From positions 6,379,757-6,443,756 of the forward strand of contig OZ220744.1 of NCBI GenBank assembly GCA_965116925.1: a stretch of 64,000 bases of DNA, read 5' to 3'. This stretch comes from Candidatus Poribacteria bacterium. Its GTDB lineage: Bacteria; Poribacteria; WGA-4E; PCPOR2b. Each line of letters starts with the position of its first letter. Position 1 is the first letter of the stretch. Below are positions 47,747-56,481 of the stretch, one piece after another. The translations under genes and the position numbers were made by a program. Under the pieces are notes generated by a model. That model saw only the letters and a list, made by a program, of their open reading frames with translations. It searched no databases and was not told the origin of the DNA.

Positions 47747-48541
47747 ATGCGCGTTGAACTTTTAGCCATTGATTGCCAAAACGACTTCTGTGATCCGGGT
47801 GGCGCGCTTTATGTGCCGGGCGCAGAAAATGATATGGCCTGTTTAGCGACATTTATCGATCGGATCGGTAGTCGTCTACACAATATGCACTTCACACTTG
47901 ACAGCCATCACACGGTTGATGTCGGGCATCCAATATTTTGGAAAAGTAGCGATGGTGAGCCGCCGGAATCATTTACTACCATCACGCATGAGGATGTTAA
48001 AGCTGGAAACTGGCTGCCGTATGATCCAGCGTTTACTCAACGGATGTTGGATTACACGCGGCTGTTGGAGGAAAATAATCGGTATCAACTGACGATTTGG
48101 CCCATACACTGCCGGATCGCAACGTGGGGGAGCGCGCTCTATCCTTCTGTGGATCAGGCGGTGCGAGATTGGGAGACATCTCAATTGAGGGTTGTTGATT
48201 TCGTAACGAAGGGTTCAAATATTTTCACCGAGCACTACAGCGCGGTGAAGGCGGATGTCCCGGATCCAGAAGACCCCGCCACGCAGCTCAATACCGACCT
48301 AATCCAGAAACTGGAAAGGTGTGATCAGGTGATTATTGTCGGTGAAGCGTTATCTCACTGCGTCGCAAGTACGGTGCGGGATATCGCAACCGAGTTTGGT
48401 GATGAAGGGGTGAAGAAATTTGTTATTCTTGAGGACTGTATGTCGAATGTCCCCGGCTTTGAATCGCTCGGCGATGCGTTCCTGCACGATATGTCACAAC
48501 TGGGGGTGACCATTACCAACAGCGTGGACTTCATGCGATGA
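47747..48541 (+). CDS. isochorismatase-family cysteine hydrolase. The start is taken at MRVELLAID, which has the RBS AAGGAGGA.
   Basis: LLAIDCQNDFCDPGGALYV N-terminal signature of the isochorismatase/nicotinamidase fold. Confidence 0.6.
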   Translation: MRVELLAIDCQNDFCDPGGALYVPGAENDMACLATFIDRIGSRLHNMHFTLDSHHTVDVGHPIFWKSSDGEPPESFTTITHEDVKAGNWLPYDPAFTQRMLDYTRLLEENNRYQLTIWPIHCRIATWGSALYPSVDQAVRDWETSQLRVVDFVTKGSNIFTEHYSAVKADVPDPEDPATQLNTDLIQKLERCDQVIIVGEALSHCVASTVRDIATEFGDEGVKKFVILEDCMSNVPGFESLGDAFLHDMSQLGVTITNSVDFMR

Positions 48542-48605
48542 ATCGTAGAGGGATTGGTGAAACCCCCTTGCGAAAAGGACGTTTCCAAAGAGTGGGAGGG
48601 TATTG

Positions 48606-48749
48606 ATGATGAAACCGAAACGCAAACCCAAGACATTCGCAGGGACGGTCGCCCAGAACCTAACGCGAAAAAAGCAAGTTGAGACAATGCAGAGGCAGCT
48701 GTTAAAGCGTGCGCGAAAGGATCAAGAGCGCGAAAGAGTTACCTGATTG
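48606..48749 (+). CDS. candidate small basic protein (47 aa, MMKPKRKPKTFAGTVAQNL...) with the RBS GGGAGGG
   Basis: Good Shine-Dalgarno spacing and a Lys/Arg-rich product. It is below the ORF-track length cut-off, so it is not listed there. Confidence 0.25.
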
Positions 48750-48755
48750 CACCCA

Positions 48756-50159
48756 TCACTCCATGACAGCGTCACAATATTGCCGCAGATTCTCTTTACC
48801 GAGTTTCTCATAAACTGCTTCTCGCAGCCGATGTTGTTCCAATCCTGAGTCTTCTTTCAATAATCGTTCTACTTCTTCTGTTCCTCTAAGTTCAAGCGGT
48901 AACGATTCCGCATTCAACTGACGCAGAACGACCCGTGCACCGAGTGCCGCTGCTTCTCGGATAGACATGGCATCGGTCTTATCCACCGTGTCAAACGCCG
49001 TGTGTCCAAAACCCCTGCCGGGCGGACGACCAACCGTCGTGATACTACCGGTCGGGAGCCCCTTGAGGAAATAGGGGTAGTGATCGGAGTAGCAACTGAT
49101 GCCACCCCCAACGGAGATGTCTTGCCCCATCTCTTCGGCTGCGTTTTCGATGAAAGGTTCAAAATCCGGTAACCGGTGCAGCTGAATCCCTTTTCGTCCG
49201 CCGGGATTGCCGGCAGAATCCAGGTTCCAAACAAAGCGGACATGGGTCGGATTGTCGCCTAACCCCTGGGCATCATGATACGCACCGAATAACCCGACTT
49301 CCTCATTGCTCCAAGCGATAAATCGCACAGTGCGGGCTAATCCATCCCTTGCGTGAGCCGACAACACACGCGCCATCTCTGTAACGACTACCATTCCACT
49401 GAGCGGATCGTTAGCCCCCTGCGTGATGTCGTGTCCATCGTAATGACAGCCAACAATAATGACCTCTTCGGGATGTGTTTTGCCGTGAAGTTCCCCTACG
49501 ATGTTCCACGCGGTTGTGGGTCGATATTCATCGGTGGTCTTAATCCTCACACGCACTGCTCCATTTTGCTGAGACAGACGGTGAAGAAATTCCCCAGTCT
49601 CATAGGAGATCCCGATGCCGGGGATAACGGCTTCGTGATTCCAGCCAACGGTGCCGGTAACCTCGCCATAGCCGGGGTAGTGGTTTTGAAAGATGAATCC
49701 GTTTGCGTCGTATAAGATGGAGCGATCGTACTTTTCCATACGGTGGATTCCACCGCTCCGAGAAATGACAATACTATCTGCCAGACGGTCTTTCTCTTTC
49801 TCGAAATCTTTCTCAACTCCTTCATCGACGAAAACGAGATTTCCCTCCACCTCTGCAGCTGGACAGTAAGGCAGCGAGATGCACGGCACTTCGCGTGCTA
49901 TCGGACTGAGAACCTCCAAGGTTGCTTCTCCACGATACCACCCATCATAGTCGTAGGCATCTTTATGGACGTTAGCCAGTCCATAGGCAGCAAATTTCTC
50001 CTCCAGCAGATCCGCGGCAAGGGCTGCGCCTTCCGTCCCACCGAATCGCGATCCAAATTCATCACAGAGCGTCGTCAGCAATGCCATGGGTTCAGTTGAG
50101 GTGTATATATCCCCAACAATTTTCTGATCTAGTTCGAGATAAGGATTGGTTGTTGACAT
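48756..50159 (-). CDS. M28-family zinc peptidase (aminopeptidase-like)
   Basis: HYDGHDITQGANDPLSG and NEEVGLFGA metal-ligand motifs. Confidence 0.75.
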   Translation of the reverse strand: MSTTNPYLELDQKIVGDIYTSTEPMALLTTLCDEFGSRFGGTEGAALAADLLEEKFAAYGLANVHKDAYDYDGWYRGEATLEVLSPIAREVPCISLPYCPAAEVEGNLVFVDEGVEKDFEKEKDRLADSIVISRSGGIHRMEKYDRSILYDANGFIFQNHYPGYGEVTGTVGWNHEAVIPGIGISYETGEFLHRLSQQNGAVRVRIKTTDEYRPTTAWNIVGELHGKTHPEEVIIVGCHYDGHDITQGANDPLSGMVVVTEMARVLSAHARDGLARTVRFIAWSNEEVGLFGAYHDAQGLGDNPTHVRFVWNLDSAGNPGGRKGIQLHRLPDFEPFIENAAEEMGQDISVGGGISCYSDHYPYFLKGLPTGSITTVGRPPGRGFGHTAFDTVDKTDAMSIREAAALGARVVLRQLNAESLPLELRGTEEVERLLKEDSGLEQHRLREAVYEKLGKENLRQYCDAVME

Positions 50160-50413
50160 ATTGTCTTTTCTCCTTTGAACGAAACCGCAGAGGCACAGAG
50201 GACACAGAGAAGAAATAGAGGAAGCGAGAGGGTGAGTATTGGAGGGAGCGAGTATCTTTCACACCTCTACGTATCCTCGCCTCTTCCGATAAATCGAGAT
50301 CCTTCCCGATTGCATCGGAACAGGCGGAACGAGACACACTACTTTTCTAATAAAACTCTGCGTTCTCCGCGTCTCTGCGGTAGAAAAGATAGCAATCAAG
50401 GTGACTCAGTTTC

Positions 50414-51181
50414 TCAATTCACCTCTGGCATTGACTCTACCTCGCCGGAGGTGTCTCGCTGCATCGTCGGTCTGATGACCACTGAAGGGAGGTTAGTCCG
50501 TTGTGGTAGACTCGCCATGAGGCAGATTGTTGCCGAGGTTTCGTCGACATCCACCATCTCCGGACGTGTCTCATCGGGAGGGGGAATGGGACGTTTATCG
50601 AGGATGGGAGTGTCAACTTCACCGGGAATAATGACACTCGCCCGAATACCGGTGTTCCGAAGATCGACATTGAGAAATTCCGTGAAATTGATAACCGCTG
50701 CCTTGGCGGGACCGTACGCTAATCCGCTAAAAGGTCCGGGTGTTACGCCAGCTAGGGAAGAAACATTGATAATAGTTCCCTGCTTTGCCTTCAGCATAGC
50801 TGGAACTACTGCCTGTGTGCAGTAAATTGTGCCAATCAAGTTGGAATCAAAGACGCTGCGTATCTCCTCCGGTGTAATGGTCAGCAGCCTCCGATTTTTG
50901 GAACTGTGACCGGCGTTGTTCACCAGCACGTCAATGCGACCATAGGTGCCGAACACATCTTTTGCCATCTGGTGGACGGCGGCGTGGTCAACGACATCCA
51001 GAGCGATAGCTAGGGCTGTGCCGCCATCGGCGATAATCTCATCTCTGACTGCTTCAACTTTTGACGCTGTCCTACCGATCAGCACCACTTTGGCTCCCTG
51101 CTGCGCCATCGTTATCCCCGCACCGCGCCCGATACCACTGCCACCGCCGGTGATGATACAAACTTTGTCTTGTAAACTCAT
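50414..51181 (-). CDS. SDR-family oxidoreductase
   Basis: TGGGSGIGRG cofactor motif and a YxxxK catalytic region. Confidence 0.9.
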   Translation of the reverse strand: MSLQDKVCIITGGGSGIGRGAGITMAQQGAKVVLIGRTASKVEAVRDEIIADGGTALAIALDVVDHAAVHQMAKDVFGTYGRIDVLVNNAGHSSKNRRLLTITPEEIRSVFDSNLIGTIYCTQAVVPAMLKAKQGTIINVSSLAGVTPGPFSGLAYGPAKAAVINFTEFLNVDLRNTGIRASVIIPGEVDTPILDKRPIPPPDETRPEMVDVDETSATICLMASLPQRTNLPSVVIRPTMQRDTSGEVESMPEVN

Positions 51182-51245
51182 CTGTCACCTCATGATTAAT
51201 TGAATAGTTAGAAGTATAATTAAGGTGAGAAGATATCCGCCTTTT

Positions 51246-51300
51246 CTCACGTATCACGCATCACGTTTCACGCATTCAATGAACTAGTGAATTAATGAAC
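51246..51300. repeat. Family H heptamer string in reverse orientation (CACGTATCACGCATCACGTTTCACGC) plus an AATGAACTAGTGAATTAATGAACC module
   Basis: Matches the repeats at 11702-, 30397- and 58441-. Confidence 0.55.
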
Positions 51301-51343
51301 CTCTGAGCCAATCACCTTTGACGAATCACAGAGATGTTGCATG

Positions 51344-53440
51344 CTATTTATCTATTCCTAACAGATCGAAGATAAACGCATACTCAAAAGCGATCTCTCT
51401 CAAATAGTCGTACCTTCCCGACGGTCCACCATGGCCCGCGCCCATCTCAGTTTTGAGAAGCAGCTGCTTATCCCCCGTTTTCGATGCGCGTAACTTCGCT
51501 GTCCATTTGGCAGGTTCCCAATAATGGACCCGTGGGTCGTTGAGTCCTGCTGTCACCAAGATATGCGGGTACTCTTTCGTCCCGATATTGTCATAGGGGG
51601 AATACGATTTGATATAATCGTAAAACTCTTTCTCGTTGGGGTTGCCCCATTCGTCGTATTCGATGACCGTTAGGGGGATAGAGGCGTCGAGCATGGTGTT
51701 GACGACATCAACGAAAGGCACTTTTGCGATAACAATCTCAAAAAGTTCTGGGCGCATATTTGTGACTGTGCCCATAAGCAACCCACCCGCGCTGCCACCT
51801 TGAATAACTAGCTTGTCGCTTGCAGTATATTTCTCAGCGATTAGGTGTTCGGCACAGGCGATAAAATCGGTAAAAGTATTCTTTTTTTGGAGGAGTTTGC
51901 CATTCTCATACCAAGGCCGTCCCATCTCTTCGCCGCCCCGGATGTGAGCGATGGCGTATATGAATCCTCGGTCTAATAGGCTCAATCGGTTTGATGAAAA
52001 ATACGGTTCGCTGTTGATGCCGTAAGACCCGTATCCGTATAAGAGCAGCGGATTCCCTCCATCTTTGACCAGCCCTTTTTTGTAAACCAGCGAAATCGGG
52101 ATAGACGTACCATCGGAGGCTTTGGCAAAAATTCGTTCCGATCTGTAAAGGGAGGGATCGTATCCACCAAGAACTTCGTCCTGCTTCTTCAGTTCGCGGG
52201 TTCTGGCGTCCATCTCGTAATCAAAGACTGACATCGGGGTAACGAGCGAACCGTAGTTAAAGCGGAGAGTGTTTGTATTGAACTCCGGGTTTCTACCCTG
52301 CCGGACGGTATAAACGGGTTCAGGGAAATCCACCGGGTGCTCCTCGTCCGTAGTGAAGTTGCGAACCCGGATTTTTTGGAGTCCCTCCTCTCGTTCAGAA
52401 ATCACCAGATGATTCTGAAAGGCACTGACACCGTCCAGCTTTACGGTTTCGCGATGGGGAATAACCTCCTCCCAATTCTCCATTGACGGATTACTAACAG
52501 AAGCACGCATCAACTTGAAATTCACTGCCTCCGCGTTGGTAACAATGAAGAATTGATCGCCGTGATGCTCAACGGAATACTCCAATTCCGACTGGCGGGG
52601 CGAAATGACTTTGAAATCACTTGTGGGCTGATCTGCCTTCAGATAATGGGCTTCAGACGTATTGATGTTCTCCAACTCCATCAGCAGGTAAGCCTTGCTC
52701 TTTGTCTTGGAAACATCTAGGAAAAATGACTCATCTGTCTCATGATAGATAAGAACATCTGCTGCTGGATCGCTGCCGAGTAGGTGTCGGTGAAGTTTAT
52801 AGGGACGTTTTGCTGCATCTAGCGTGGTATAAAAGAGGGTTTGATTATCGTTTGCCCATTCGACACTGTAGTAGGTGTTTGGGATCTGATCCCCTAACAG
52901 TTGACCGGTATTCAGGTCCTTGACGTACAGGGTATAACTCTCTCCTCCAGTCGTATCGGTGGAATACGCCAACAGTTGATGGTTTGGGCTAATTTTATAG
53001 ACGCCAATTTCTAGATATTCATGCCCTTCGGCAAGGGCGTTCTGATCTAGTAGTATCTCCTCCTCCGCCTCCAAACTTCCCTTTTTTCGACAATAGATCG
53101 AATATTGTTTTCCCTCCTCGGTGCGGGTGTAATAGTAGTAGTCACCCATCTTTTCAGGGACGGAGAGATCGGTTTCTTTGATCCTGCCCAAAAGCTCTTG
53201 ATACAGTTGTTCTTGGGAGACTTCGGTATGCTGCATCATCGCTTCGGTATATCTGTTTTCGGCTTCAAGGCATTCGATGACTGCCGGATTCGATTTCTCT
53301 CTGAGCCAAAAATAGTCATCAACACGCACTTCACCATGCACAGTGTCTGTTTTTGGGTCAGTTTTCGCAACGGGAGGGGTTAAAGCGGTTCCTGATGCAG
53401 TTGGGGCGGTAGTGGCTAACCAGTAAATAGTTGGTAACAT
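51344..53440 (-). CDS. ptrB: S9A prolyl-oligopeptidase-family peptidase (oligopeptidase B-like)
   Basis: Beta-propeller N-terminal domain plus GGSAGG (G-x-S-x-G-G) catalytic serine, 698 aa. Confidence 0.85.
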   Translation of the reverse strand: MLPTIYWLATTAPTASGTALTPPVAKTDPKTDTVHGEVRVDDYFWLREKSNPAVIECLEAENRYTEAMMQHTEVSQEQLYQELLGRIKETDLSVPEKMGDYYYYTRTEEGKQYSIYCRKKGSLEAEEEILLDQNALAEGHEYLEIGVYKISPNHQLLAYSTDTTGGESYTLYVKDLNTGQLLGDQIPNTYYSVEWANDNQTLFYTTLDAAKRPYKLHRHLLGSDPAADVLIYHETDESFFLDVSKTKSKAYLLMELENINTSEAHYLKADQPTSDFKVISPRQSELEYSVEHHGDQFFIVTNAEAVNFKLMRASVSNPSMENWEEVIPHRETVKLDGVSAFQNHLVISEREEGLQKIRVRNFTTDEEHPVDFPEPVYTVRQGRNPEFNTNTLRFNYGSLVTPMSVFDYEMDARTRELKKQDEVLGGYDPSLYRSERIFAKASDGTSIPISLVYKKGLVKDGGNPLLLYGYGSYGINSEPYFSSNRLSLLDRGFIYAIAHIRGGEEMGRPWYENGKLLQKKNTFTDFIACAEHLIAEKYTASDKLVIQGGSAGGLLMGTVTNMRPELFEIVIAKVPFVDVVNTMLDASIPLTVIEYDEWGNPNEKEFYDYIKSYSPYDNIGTKEYPHILVTAGLNDPRVHYWEPAKWTAKLRASKTGDKQLLLKTEMGAGHGGPSGRYDYLREIAFEYAFIFDLLGIDK

Positions 53441-53475
53441 CTTACCTACATCTCCTTGCGTTGATTAGACAGAGT

Positions 53476-54940
53476 TCAATCCAAATAGTCCATCTCCGGA
53501 CGACGGTCCCAGCGAAATTGATCTTTCGGTTTGGTATGTTCCACCCAAGCCCGGATAACCTCTAGGTCTACCCGTTTCTGTTCCATCTTCTCGGCAACTG
53601 CTTCGGGATCCCAACCTGCCAGCACCTCGGTAGTCAGTTGCTCCCGTATTTCTCGGCAACTTGCATCTTGTGCACGATCCGATAGTTCGTCAGGGTCATC
53701 AGCCAGATTAAAAAGCTGTGGCTCTTGACCGTGGTAGTAATTCAGTTTCCACTCATCCCGTCGAATCATCCTATGCAAGCAGTCCTCGTAGGTACAGTAT
53801 TCGGAGAAGGCGAGATCTTCCCACTCTGTGTCAGGATGACGCACCAGATCGAGCACGCTTCTGCCGCAAGCATTAGGCAGGGGTGGTGCACCGAGAGCTT
53901 CCAGCATTGTCGCGTTCAAGTCGAGCGAACTGAGAACGCGATCACACTGGACACCTTCCGGCAAGGCTCCGGGCCAAGAGAGGATCGCTGGTACTTTGAC
54001 CGAGGCTTCGTAAAACGTGCGCTTCATCCACAATCCGTGTTCGCCCATCTGATCCCCGTGATCGGAACTATAGATGATAAGCGTGTTCTCTGCTAGGTCA
54101 TTCTTTCGGAGTGCTTCGAGAATCTCACCAATCATGATATCCATCCGCGTCACTAACGCCCAATATGCCGTCCGTACTCTAAGAATCTCTGCTTCGGAAA
54201 CATCTACGAGATTGCCCCACTCTCGCCACCACTTGAAGTAAGGGTGAAGTGCGTCGGAGTACGGTTCGGGATGTTTGGGGAGAGTCATGACATCTTGATA
54301 GAGTTCATAGTCCTCTCGACGTGCTACATAAGGCGAATGCGGTAGCATGAATCCCACAGAGAGAGAACTGTTCCGTTGGCAGACCTGCTCGCTTTTGCAC
54401 GCCGAGCCGGTCTAAGTAGTTGACGGTCGCAGCGGTCACGTCTTCATCGTGAACCTGATAGCTGCTTTGACCGGATCCTGCTTGTTGCAGGCTAGCACGC
54501 ATATTTTTCGGGGCGACTCCGTTACCGGGGTAATTGCCGCCGTGGTCACCGACCAGACGCTCCGCATAGCCGTGCAGTTGATCGGGTCCCAATCCGTGCA
54601 TCCGCCCAATCAACACCGGCTGGTAGCCCGCCGCTCCCATCGCGTGTGCGAACGTGGGAATACCGGAATCCATGATGTGATTGTTCGTCCAGACCTCGAT
54701 TTCAGATGGATACCTGCCTGCCAACATCGACATCCGTGAGGGCACACAGACCGGTGACGGACAGTAGACGTTTGTGAAGTGGACTCCCTTTGCTGCTAAA
54801 CTATCGAGATTCGGTGTTTGCACCAGCGGATCGCCGTAACAGCCGATGACTGCGGGATTATGCTGGTCGGAGTGGATGTACAAAAGGTTCGGACGTTCTG
54901 TATCTGTTCCCATTATCGTTTTATCCTTTGTTTGTCTCAA
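53476..54940 (-). pseudogene. sulfatase split into two ORFs (54305-54940 for the N-terminal part, 53476-54357 for the C-terminal part) by a frameshift inside a (TC)4/(AG)4 dinucleotide repeat at 54358-54365
   Basis: The N-terminal part carries CPSPVCVPSRMSMLAG. Inserting one TC unit yields a continuous EQFSLSVGFMLPHSPYV, which matches the sulfatase consensus. Confidence 0.65.
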
Positions 54941-55012
54941 AGAGGAGCATCTATTTTATACCGGAACACTACAAAATTTATCCAACTAACAACAATGCGA
55001 GGACAAAAAATT

Positions 55013-56467
55013 TCATCCAAGGTATACCTGCACCATCGAAATTGAATGCGGTGGCAATGTAACTGCGAACGGATTAGACGGGATCTCCAATTTCCGTTTC
55101 ACCAGTTTTACGTTTTCTTCACCAAAGTTGTTTGTCACTATCGGATCTTCGCCGGTGATTTCAAACAGCAGGCCATCGCCCTTGAGATTCCCATGTTGAT
55201 TTTCGATTGCGACCGGCAGCGCCTCCGTCTGATGCCTGTTAATCAGGTTAATCGAAATGCGTCCGAGATCTGGCTGGTAGCTCGCAGAGGCATCAAGATA
55301 TGGAACTTTGCCGTGCTGTTCCGTTTCAAAACAGTCCGAATCCCAGTGTGCATTGAGGGCAATCGTTCCATTTTCGAGGGTATGCAGTTGCAGGGGCCAA
55401 AAGATTGTTTGAAAAAACAGTCCTTCTGTGTTTGTGTGGATCGGCGCAATGACGTTGACCAACTGCGCCATATTTGCTAGCTTGATCGCGTCCGCATGAC
55501 GGAGGAAAGCGTTGAGGAACATCCCGACTGCCAAGGCATCCTGCAATGTGTATCGCTCATGTCGTGGATGTTCAGGATCGTGGCTATACATCACATTCCA
55601 TTCGTCGAAGGCGATTTTCAGTTTCTTCCCCTCCTCCGAGTAATACACCCCAACGTCAATGATCCCGCGAGCTGCCCGTATAAATTTCTCAATATGTTCA
55701 GATGCGGCCATGTACTCGTAATAACCGCCGTACCAATCGCCGACGTACATGTGGATGGCGAGGTAATCGGCGATGTCCGCTAATTTCTCGACTACTACCT
55801 GATTCCACTTCATATCGGAGGCATTTTGCTCAAATGAACCACAGGCAGCCAGTTCGATATTTTTATCGACTAGTTTCATCACTTTTGCGTATTCGTACGC
55901 AAGGGCAGCGTATTCCTCCGCTGGCTTGTGTCCAATTTTCCAATGCCCTGAAACCTCATTGCCCAATGCCCAATATTTCACACGATACGGTTCGTCGTGC
56001 CCATTTTTCCGACGGAGATTGGCGTAGTAGGTGTCCTCCACCCCGTTGCAGTATTCCACCCAATGCTGCGCCTCGTCCATTGTGCCGTTTCCCATATTGA
56101 CGCAGATGTAGGGTTCTGTCCCGACTTCACGACAAAATTGGATAAACTCATCTGTCCCGAAGCGGTTCGATTCGACCGTATTCCACGCCAACTCCATCTT
56201 GCGTGGACGTTCATCCTTCGGACCGATGCCATCCATCCAGTGGTACGCTGAAACAAAGTTCCCACCGGGCCAACGGATGTTCGGGACCTTTAACGACTTG
56301 ATGGCTGCAAGCACATCCCGCCGAAACCCGCTTTTGTCCGATAACGGTGAGTCTTCTTCGTAGATACCGCCGTAAATGCAACGCCGGAGGTGTTCAATGA
56401 AATTGCCGTAGATATTCGGATCTATCGCGTCAATCTGCCGGCGTGAGTCAACCAAGATTATTGCCAT
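55013..56467 (-). CDS. abfA: GH51 alpha-L-arabinofuranosidase
   Basis: NIRWPGGNFVSAYHWMDGIGP and a conserved GH51 catalytic core, 484 aa. Confidence 0.85.
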   Translation of the reverse strand: MAIILVDSRRQIDAIDPNIYGNFIEHLRRCIYGGIYEEDSPLSDKSGFRRDVLAAIKSLKVPNIRWPGGNFVSAYHWMDGIGPKDERPRKMELAWNTVESNRFGTDEFIQFCREVGTEPYICVNMGNGTMDEAQHWVEYCNGVEDTYYANLRRKNGHDEPYRVKYWALGNEVSGHWKIGHKPAEEYAALAYEYAKVMKLVDKNIELAACGSFEQNASDMKWNQVVVEKLADIADYLAIHMYVGDWYGGYYEYMAASEHIEKFIRAARGIIDVGVYYSEEGKKLKIAFDEWNVMYSHDPEHPRHERYTLQDALAVGMFLNAFLRHADAIKLANMAQLVNVIAPIHTNTEGLFFQTIFWPLQLHTLENGTIALNAHWDSDCFETEQHGKVPYLDASASYQPDLGRISINLINRHQTEALPVAIENQHGNLKGDGLLFEITGEDPIVTNNFGEENVKLVKRKLEIPSNPFAVTLPPHSISMVQVYLG

Positions 56468-56481
56468 GTTCCCTCCCTATG

